Assembly: GCF_004010195.1 (NCBI RefSeq)
Contig: NC_057718.1
Location: 70,353,382-70,397,569 of the forward strand
Direction of reading: 5' to 3'
DNA from: Chiloscyllium plagiosum
Taxonomy: Eukaryota
DNA length: 44,188 nucleotides
Shown here: positions 35,432-44,188 of the stretch, piece by piece
Layout: each line of letters begins with the position of its first letter
Numbering within the stretch: position 1 is the stretch's first letter
The notes under the pieces: generated by a model
Database searches by the model: none
Told to the model about the DNA's origin: nothing
What the model saw: only the letters and a program-made list of their open reading frames with translations
Translations under genes and position numbers: made by a program

Positions 35432-36438
35432 CTAAAGGATGTTCCTCCTTTTCCAATTCTAGAAATATTTAAACTGTTAACTATTGCGAAATTAAAGCTA
35501 AATGATGAACTTGTAGTGAATCATACAGTTTAAAGATAAGATTTTGTACAGTGCTTGCGCATGATTGATTTTATGTGTTTTTACTTAATTATGTTTCTTT
35601 TCATTGCAATTAAGTTGACAAAAACAACCATTATAACTAAATTCAGTAAACATAAGTTGGTTTGCTGTCCCAGTCTTATGATTGCATTTTATACAAGTAT
35701 CCTGGTAGAAATTATTTGTATTCTGTGTTGATACATAATGGCAATCAAAGACTGAAATATCTCACCTTTAACTTAGTACAAGTACAATAAAATTTAGGGA
35801 GGAGCAAATCAGTTTAGACAATTCATGCTTTTGTTGCTATAAAGGTTTGCTGAACAGTGCCTAGAAATATGATGACTTAAAGTGCTCTGTAAGTTATAAA
35901 AGTTTAGGAATATTTTGCATTCAAAAAGAGTACAGCTTTTTAAAAAACATTTTCTCCCTTCCCCTGTACTAGAGGGCTTGGTTCTGTTTTCCTGTTACTA
36001 AAATGCACATCCATAGCTTTGCAGAGTATAGTAATGATTGGAACTCAATGCAAGATGATGATGAGACCTCTCCCCATCCCTTCTCTCTTTTGTCTGTACT
36101 CACTCAAGTCCAAGCCTATTATGGGCAGGAAGAATTTTAATCCACAGGATATTTACTGTTTGTATCAAGAATTGGTACATCCAAACTACCAAAATGAGCC
36201 ACAACTAATGTCAGAATTTTCTCTTCCCAGGGATAATTTGCCCTGATCTAGGCTATCAATTAAAATGAACTAACCTGAGCAAAGACCCAGGTTAAGGATT
36301 TCATTTTGATTTCTATGACTCAAAGTTGACCTTATCTTTGCATCCTTCTAAATCAATGTTAATTATTATTTTTTCAATACCAAGCAAATCCTGCAGAATC
36401 ATTTTTTAGAACCTATGCTTTTCTTTATTTTTACTTAG

Positions 36439-36579
36439 TTTGGTACAAGTATGGTGAGTGCATCACTACTCAACCTACATTTGAGTTGTCTTTCATTTCC
36501 TTCCAGAGTGTGCAGATACCACCTGGAAAATTGGTATGCTATGAATGAGGGATTATATTTATGGTTCGACCTGTTAAAG
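36439..36579 (+). CDS. Candidate internal exon(s) of an unidentified host gene
   Basis: Acceptors TTTTTACTTAG|36439 and TTTCATTTCCTTCCAG|36507; donors 36453|GTGAGT and 36579|GTGAGA; 141-nt open frame FGTSMVSASLLNLHLSCLSFPSRVCRYHLENWYAMNEGLYLWFDLLK; lies in non-repetitive DNA. Confidence 0.4.
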
Positions 36580-36681
36580 GTGAGATTCCTAAAAAGAACA
36601 TCTTAAACCACTTCTTTTTGACATCTTATTTAATATAATTCTAATGCAGAGTCATATCTGGTTTCTAAACTATTCATAAGG

Positions 36682-36968
36682 CTTGGTGGCTCAGTGGTTA
36701 GCACTGCTGCCTCTCAGTGCCAGGGAACTGGTTTCGATTCCTGCCTAGGTGACAGACTGTGTGGAATTTGCACATTCTTCCCATGTCTGCGTGGGTTTCC
36801 TCCCACAATCCAAAGATGTGCTGTTCAGGTGAATTGGCCATACAAAATTGCCCACAGTGTTAGGTGCATTAGTCAGGGGTAAATATAGGGTGGGTTACTC
36901 TTCGGAGGGTTGGTGTGTATTTGTTGGGCCGAAGGGCCTGTTTCCATTCCGTACGGAATCTAATCTAA
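36682..36968 (+). mobile_element. HE1-type V-SINE
   Basis: GGTGGCTCAGTGGTTAGCACTGCTGCC, GTTTCGATTCC, V-domain, ATCTAATCTAA tail. Confidence 0.9.
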
Positions 36969-37014
36969 AATAGAAACAAGTATAGTTACAGCGCAGTGCA
37001 GGTCCTTTGGTCCA

Positions 37015-38570
37015 TGATGAGGCCATTCTGCTCCTAGGTTCTACTAATAGAATATAATAAGATCATGGCTGATCCAACATTCCTCATATTCACTTTTTTA
37101 CATTTTCCCCGTAACCCTTGATTCCTCTATTGAACCAGAATCTATCGATCTCAGTCTTAAATATACAAAAGGACTCTGTCCCATAGCTCTCTATGGCAAG
37201 GTGTTCCAAAGTCTCGCAACCCTCTGAGGAAGAAATATCTTCATATTCTCAGTCTTAAATTGGAACCTCTTTATTCTGAGACTTTGCCTTCTAGTCTGAG
37301 ACTTTCCCATGATGGGAAACACCCTCTCAGCATTTGCCCTCCCAAACTCCTTAAGAAGCCTTTTCTTTATTCTTCTAAATTCCAGTGTGGAGAATCCCAA
37401 CATGATTAGCCTTTGCCCATAAGACAATCCTTCCATACAAGGAATCATTCTCATGAACTTCCTCCAAAGAAATGATATCTTTCCTTAAATAAGCGGACAA
37501 AAACTGTTCACAGTACTCCTGATGGGGTCTCACCAGCACTTTGTATAGCTCTTATACTCCAACTCCTTTGAAATAAGAGCTAATATTCCATCAGCCTGAT
37601 TACCTGCTGCATCTGTGTGCTAGTGTTCTGTGCTTCATACACAAGTTCTCCCAAATCTGTGTTGTACCTTTCTGCATTTTTCTTTATTTAAATAATACTG
37701 TGCTTTTATTCTCCCTTCAAAAAGTGAACTCTACATTTTCTCACATTTTACTTCATTTGCCAACTTCTTGCCCATTATTTAACCCATCAATATCTCTCTG
37801 TTTGCGTCCATCTCGCAACCTGACTTTCCTTATTTTTTTGTGTTGTCTGCAAATTTGACAACAGTATATTCACTTCCTTCCTCCAAGTCATTAGTATATA
37901 CTGTAAACTGTTGTGGTCCCAGCATCGATCCCTGTGGAATCCCACTGATCACAGGTCACTAATCAGAAAAATAATTCCTTATCCTCACTTGCTGTTTCCT
38001 GCCCTTGAGCCAATTCTCTGTCCATGCAAATATACTTCTGCAAAACCAAGGACTGTTATCTTATGATTTACATGAAGTACCTTGTCAGAGAGCTTCTGAA
38101 GACCAAATACAACACATCTACTGGTTCCTCTCTATCCACTCTGTCTGAGACTTCCTCAAAAATCTCTAATAAGTTAATCAGAAATAATTTCTCTTTCATG
38201 AAACCATGCTCTGTTTGGTTAGATTATGATTTTCAAAATGTTCTGCTATTACTTCCCTAGTAACGTATCCCAGTACAATAATCAACCTATTGTCCCTGCA
38301 TTTTGCCTCCTGTCTCTTTTGAATAGGGGTGTCACATTAACAGTTTCTCAATCCTCTCCAGAACCCAACGATTTTGGAAAATTACAACCAATGCATCCAC
38401 AATCTCTGTAGCCACTCTTTTAGGATCCAAAGATGCAAATCATCAGGCCAGTGGATTTATCTACCTCAGGCCCCATTAGTTTGACTAATACTACTTCTTT
38501 AGTGATGGCAATGATACTTAATTCCTTTCCTCATATTCTTTAGTACTAGTGGGATCTTCAAAGACTCTTC
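37015..38570 (-). mobile_element. Old CR1-clade LINE (different subfamily) RT to 3' end
   Basis: ORF 37191..37454 (RMIPCMEGLSY..QRVARLWNTLP); minus [18 protein letters not shown] at ~37840-37945. Confidence 0.82.
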
Positions 38571-39386
38571 CATTGTTAAGTCTGTTCAGGATTGGATCTC
38601 CTGGGACCATATTAAATTAATCTGATCTCAGTGTAGACGTGTACCTTCCCTACTGTTCAACCTTTCAAGTAACTAATTCTTGCAAGGGAGGTTCATGAGC
38701 TCAGTAACCTCAGTGATCTTTCCTGGGTGGGACCAATAAAATTAGTCAGGTGGTAGATAAGCAATGCAAATTGCTTTTCCTACTTCAAACCAGTGCAAAT
38801 GAGTCCTAAGTTGCAAGGAGGTTGTGAAAAATATCTAGAGTCATTTATGACATAGCAAGAGGCCATTCAGTCCATCAGATTCATGCTAGCTGTCCACAGA
38901 TCAATCTAGTCAGTCAAAATTCATAACTCAGTCTTTAAAAACCAAAATAATTGTGGATGCTGTAAATCAGAAACAAAAGCAGAAATTGTCAGAAAAGCTC
39001 AGCAGGTCAGGTGGCATCTGCAAAGAGAAATCAAAGTTAACATTTCAGGTCAGATGACCCTTTCTCAGAACTGATGGTAGCTAAGAAAATCTTTTTTTAT
39101 GCAGAAGATGGGGTGGGGGAAGGGGGTAAGGAGTAAACGATAGGTGATTGGGATAGAGCCCAAAAATGTTTGCAACGGTTGGACAGAAAGAGGAATAGAT
39201 AATGATCTGGCTAGGAGGGTGAATATAACTGTTAATGGAGACTGTTAGTGGCTAATAATCCCCTCCACTTCCTTGTCCATCTCCTGCAGGGACCGTTCCC
39301 TCTGGGCCACCCTGGTCCACTCTTCCTTCGCTCCTAATAAACCCCCACAGCCCCATGGCACCTTCCCCTGCAACTGCAGAAGAATA

Positions 39387-39968
39387 ACAAAGAAGAACAA
39401 AGAAAATTTACAGCCCAGGAACAGGCCCTTCGGTCCTTCAAGCCTGAGCCGATCCAAATGTACTGTCTAAACCTGTCAGTCAATTCTTAAGCATTTGTAT
39501 CCCTCTGCCCCCCACCTACTCATGCATCTGTCCAGACGCATCTTATATGAATGTACCTTGCCTGCCTCTACCAGCTCTGCTGGCAACGTGTTTCAAATGC
39601 CCACCACCCTCTGTGTAAAGTACTTGCCGCGTGTATCCCCCTTAAACTTTCCACCTCTCACCTTGAAAACATGACCTCTTGTTATTGAATCCTTCACCCT
39701 GGGAAAAAGCTTGTCTCTATCCACCCTGTCTATACCCTCCATGATTTTTAAACCTCAGTCAGGTCTCCCCTCAATCTCCTTTTTTCTAGTGAAAATTAAC
39801 CTAACCTACTCAACCTCTCTTCATAGCTAGCACCTTCCATACCAGGCAACATCCTCGTAAACCTTCTCTGCACCCCCTCCAAAGCGTCCACATTCTTTTG
39901 GTAATGTGGCGACCAGAACTGTTCACAGTATTCTAAATGAGGCTGAACCAATGTCTTGTACAATTTTA
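39387..39968 (-). mobile_element. CR1-clade LINE 3' fragment
   Basis: Closely similar to 14857-15441, same (AAAGAAC)n tail. Confidence 0.93.
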
Positions 39969-39969
39969 G

Positions 39970-40230
39970 AGGAGAAAGTGAGGTCTGCAGATGCTGGAGA
40001 TCAAAGTTGAAACTTTATTGCTGGAACAGCACAGCAGGTCAGGCAGCATCCAGGGAACAGGAGATTCGACGTTTCGGGCACAGGCCCTTCTTCAGGAATG
40101 AGCAGAGAAGCAGAGAGTGTTCAGCAGGAGAAGATAAAAGGTAGGGAGGAGGGACTTGGAGGAGGGGCGTTGGAAATGTGATAGGTGGAAAGAGGTCAAG
40201 GTGAGGGTGATAGGTCGGAGTAGGATGGAG
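39970..40230 (-). mobile_element. PLE tail with intact hammerhead core (40068-40095)
   Basis: Minus strand CUGAAGA-A-GGGC(CUGU)GCCC-GAAA-CG-UC. Confidence 0.82.
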
Positions 40231-40319
40231 GCACTAACGGTCTCCATTAATAGCTATTCACCCTCCTATCCAGATCGCTATTCATTCCTTTGTCTGTCTA
40301 ACAGTTCTGCTCTGTGTTT

Positions 40320-40652
40320 GGGACGGCACGGTGGCTCAGTGGTTAGCACTGCTGCCTCAAAACACTGCTGCAGTTAGCACTGCTGCCTGGCACCAGGGTC
40401 CCAGGTTTGATTCTGGCCTTGGGTGACTGTGTGGAGTTTGCACGTTCTCCCAGTGTCTGCGTGGGTTTCCTCGGGGTGTTCCAGTTTCCTCCCACAGTCC
40501 AAAGATGTGCAGGTCAGGTGAATTGGCCGTGCTAAATTGCCCATAGTTTGGGGGCATTAGGGAAATGGGACTGGGTGGGTTACTCTTCAGAAGGTCAGTG
40601 TGGACTTATTGGGCCAAAGGGCCTGTTTCCACACTGTAGGAAATCTAATCTA
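40320..40652 (+). mobile_element. HE1-type V-SINE with stuttered head
   Basis: GGGACGGCACGGTGGCTCAGTGGTTAGCACTGCTGCC, with CACTGCTGC repeated three times. Confidence 0.92.
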
Positions 40653-41990
40653 AATCACCTATCATTTACTCCTTACCCTATCTTCTGCATAAAAACCAAA
40701 ATTTTTCTAGCGAACATCAGTTCTGAGGAAGGATCACCAGACATGAAACATTAACTCTGATTTCTCTTTACAAATGCTGCCAGATCTGCTGATCTTTTCC
40801 AGAAATTTCTGTTTTTATAATTCAGTCTTTGTAGCCCTGTAGGTTTATTTTCTTCAAGTATTCATCCATTTTCTTTTGAAAGTATTGTTTCCTCATCTTC
40901 ATCTTACATTGAGCTCCATGTCATTACCACACTGTGCAAAACTATCACAATGCATTTCTTACTCAGATTTTGCACCCACATTCACTCAATCCTTGATAAT
41001 CAGCTAATTAGACAAGCTTTTCTTTGCCTACTTAATCTAAATTTATCATAAACTTGTACACCAATTTCACCTCAATCTCTTTGATCCAAAGAGAACAGCC
41101 CCAACATTTCCAACCAAGCCTTTAAGTAAACACTGGAACCTTCCTAGTAAATTTCAAAATCCTTCACATATTTTGTCAAGTGTAGTGAGCAGCAATAGTT
41201 GAGAGAGAATGTGAGTTTTATAAAGGTTCAGCATAATTCCCCTGCTTTTGTACTCACTCCCTCTATTTATGAAGGCCATGGTTTGCTGATCATCCTTATA
41301 CTGATCAACATTTACATTCACATTGCAAGGTTTATTAACAACTATTTATTAGGCCCTATTATTCTTATATATCTCAACTCTCCATTCATAAATTTACAAC
41401 TGGTGTTATACAATGATGAATATTTTATCCCTATTGATAGCTGTTTCCAGGACCCTATCAGCTGATGCTGTTCAATATCATACACACTAGTTAGGAGATT
41501 TCATTTGTGCTACAGATCAACAAGGAAGGGGAAAATGTCATGTTAATAGATATCTTAGGCTCTTGTGACAGAATTTTTTGAATGTAAACTCAAGTGAAAG
41601 AGACAAACTCACTGTTAAAATATACTAAACCTAGGACATGCATTTTCTTTAGTATTAGTGACCATGGATTTTTGAACTGCTGGTCTAACTCAATAGTGGT
41701 GCAATTGTGCAGGCACACACAAAGAGTATCATACTTTCTGAGAAATAATCATGTGAATATGTTTCATCCTGTACAGTTAATTAAAATATTGCCATCAATT
41801 AATAAACCTGAGAGAAACAATAGAGTACTTCCCAGTTTGTGCCTCTTATAAAGGGTCCCACCTCTATCCTTACTACTGATTCACAGAGGGGTGTGGCTCA
41901 CATTTTGTTTTCTAATCATCACATGCATTCAAGGTTATGCAAGGAAGTTACGACACCAACAAAAAAATATGCAAGTTGACATTTGTTGTT

Positions 41991-42972
41991 ATAGAGACAT
42001 AGAGATATACAGCACAGAAACACACCTTTCTGTCTGATTCATCCATCCTGACCAGATATTTATATGAATCTATTCCCATTTGTCAGCTTTTGGCCCATAT
42101 CCCTCTAAACCCTTCCTATTCATACACCCATCCAGAAGCCTTTTAAATGTTGTAATCATATCAGCCTCCACCACTTCCTCTGGCAGCTAATTTCATACAA
42201 GCACCATCCACAGTGTGAAAACGTTGCCCCTTAGGTCTCTTTTATATCTTTCCTCTCTCCACCTTAAAACTATGCCCTCTAGTTTTGGACTTACCACCAC
42301 AAGAATCAGTGCTAGGTCCACTTCTTTCATCATTTATATAAATGATTTGGATGTGAACATTGGAGGTATAGTTACTAAGTTTGCACATGACACTAAAATT
42401 GGAGGTGTAGTGGACAGCAAAGAAGATTATCTCTCAGAGTGCAACAGAATCCTGATTAGATGTGCCAATAGGCCGACGAGTGGCAGACAGAATTTAACTT
42501 AGATAAATAAGAGGTGCTGCTTTTTGGAAAGGCATAATCAGAACAGGATTTTTATACGTAATGGTAAGGTCCCGGGAATGTTGCTGAATAAAGAGACCTT
42601 TGAGTGCAGGTTCATAGTTCCTTGAAAGTGGAGTCGGAGGTAAATAGGATAGTGAAGGCGGCATTTGGTGTGCTTTCCTTTATTGGTCAGTCCATTCAGT
42701 ATAGGAGTTGAGAGATAATTTTGTGGCTACACATGACATTGGCTAGGCCACTTTTGGAATATTGCGTACAATTCTGGTCTGCCTGCTATAGGAAGGATAT
42801 TGTGAAACTTGAAAGGGTTCAGAAGAGATTTATGAGGAAGCTGCCAGGGTTAGAGAATTTGAGCTAAAGGGAGAGGCTGATTAGGCTGAAGCTATTTTCC
42901 CTGGAGTGTCAGAGTCTGAGGGGTGACCTTATAGATGTTTATAAAATTACAAGGGGCATGGATAGGGTAAAT
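41991..42972 (-). mobile_element. CR1-clade LINE with 5' inversion (3' part minus 41991-42295; RT part plus 42296-42972)
   Basis: ORF 42215..42502 crosses the junction into [26 protein letters not shown]; the two parts are nearly adjacent in CR1 coordinates. Confidence 0.8.
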
Positions 42973-42974
42973 CA

Positions 42975-43221
42975 GAGAATCCCTACAGTGTGGGAACACT
43001 GAAGAGTAACCCACCTCCTACCCTTCATATCCTTAAACACCATGGGCAATTCAGCAAGGCCAATTCCCCTAACCTGTACAGCTTTGGATTATGGGAGGAA
43101 ACCAGAGCAACCCTACACAGAAATAGGGAGAATGTGCAAACTCCACACAGACAGTCGCCTGAGGCTGGAATCGAACCCAGATCCCTGGTGCTGTGAGGCA
43201 GCAGTGCTAACCACTGAGCCC
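42975..43221 (-). mobile_element. HE1-type V-SINE
   Basis: Reverse complement of head (GGGCTCAGTGGTTAGCACTGCTGCC, GGTTCGATTCC) and V-domain. Confidence 0.9.
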
Positions 43222-43787
43222 AAGCTTGTTAAAGGGGTATTGTTAATTCTGGTAAGATGTTTCCAATGTTTGTAAACAGAGTGTACACAACACCATCAGG
43301 AGATTCTTAGGCTACATCACGACAGATGACATCCCAGTGGTTTTAATAAGTAGTTTATGAGTGAAAACATGGTTACTGAGATATTTGTGCTGCAGCAGTT
43401 GAAGTAGACCAACATTAAATCATCTGCTGCAAAGAACACTGATATGTTACATGACATAATGATACTCTTTAGTACGTTTCAGGGTCATGTGTTGACAACC
43501 TCTCTTTCAATTCTGACACTCAGCAGTCTGAATCAACTACATCTCAAGACTTACATTCATTAAATGTTGGTGGAGATGGGTTTTAATATTTTGCCTTCAA
43601 CATTTCTTGTTCAGCTGTTTTTTACACTGTACCAATGTACCACAAACTTCATATTCTTAGTGAAAAAACAGAACTAGCATTATTGGACATTTAATATTTA
43701 TAGGCTTTATCAAATCTTGTCAAAGAGTGATGATGTAGCAAAACTAGGAACCTATATAAGTTAACAAGCACAAAGGTTATCAGGACT

Positions 43788-44188
43788 TAGAACATAGAAC
43801 ATAGAACAATACAGCACAGAACAGGCCCTTCGGCCCACGATGTTGTGCCGAACATTTGTCCTAGCTTAAGCACCCATCCATGTACCTATCCAACTGCCGC
43901 TTAAAGGTCACCAAAGATTCTGACAACCTAGATTGAGTACCCATCCATGTACCTATCCAAATGCCGCTTAAAGGTCGCCAATGATTCCGACTCTACCACT
44001 CCCACGGGCAGCGCATTCCATGCCCCCACCACTCTCTGGGTAAAGAACCCACCCCTGACATCTTCCCTATACCTTCCACCCTTCACCTTAAATTTATGTC
44101 TCCTTGTAACACTGTTGTACCCCCGGGGAAAACGTTTCTGACTGTCTACTCTATCTATTCCTCTGATCATCTTATAAACCTCTACCAA
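43788..44188 (-). mobile_element. Young CR1-clade LINE 3' end (continues beyond the window)
   Basis: ORF 43928..44188 VEVYKMIRGIDR..TRRH..FFTQRVVGAWNALP; tail (TAGAACA)n at 43788-43808. Confidence 0.93.

Larger units (their letters stand above)
38937..40816. mobile_element. PLE with inverted pseudo-LTR (38937-39255 minus; body and 40231-40816 plus) holding nested CR1, PLE and SINE
   Basis: 14-bp TSD ATAA(C/T)TCAGTCTTT at 38923-38936 and 40817-40830; HGTFPCNCRR linker; hammerheads at ~39037-39075 (-) and 40716-40761 (+). Confidence 0.85.
38836..41300 (-). mobile_element. Old CR1 3' remnant split by the PLE composite (38836-38936 and 40817-41300)
   Basis: CR1-like tail AGAGTCAT...GGCCATTCAG, resuming after the TSD with decayed ORF2 C-terminal sequence. 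Confidence 0.55.

Noticed and set aside
401..40095. CRISPR-like array or bacterial system suggested by recurring short hairpin repeats
   Set aside because: Repeats are dispersed, in both orientations and embedded in retroelement tails; no regular spacers or cas-like ORFs; vertebrate context

Overview
Eukaryotic (vertebrate) intronic/intergenic DNA, almost certainly from a cartilaginous fish (shark), inferred from many HE1-type V-SINEs and their CR1/HER1-type LINE partners. Most of the window is nested retroelement debris: (i) many CR1-clade LINE fragments on both strands, one with an intact 386-aa RT-domain ORF; (ii) tRNA-derived SINEs of at least two families; (iii) Penelope-like elements (PLEs; GIY-YIG endonuclease, Neptune-like Cys linker), from ~80-bp stubs to ~1.2-kb inverted structures, usually bracketed by 8-15 bp target-site duplications (TSDs); (iv) a decayed LTR retrotransposon with Ty3/Gypsy-type domains in the unusual PR-IN-RT-RH (Gmr1-like) order. 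The strongest hidden signal is a minimal hammerhead ribozyme motif (CUGANGA-stem II-GAAA-palindromic stem III-UH) present about 17 times in at least four co-varying sequence families, several as tiny TSD-flanked insertions that begin at the ribozyme. There are also two duplication-inverted insert-duplication template-switch scars, a probable twin-primed CR1, two assembly gaps and one credible but unidentified host exon/microexon cluster near 36.4-36.6 kb. No complete host gene is recognisable, and most short ORFs in the track are repeat-derived. Element boundaries were placed by eye and are approximate unless a TSD is quoted.
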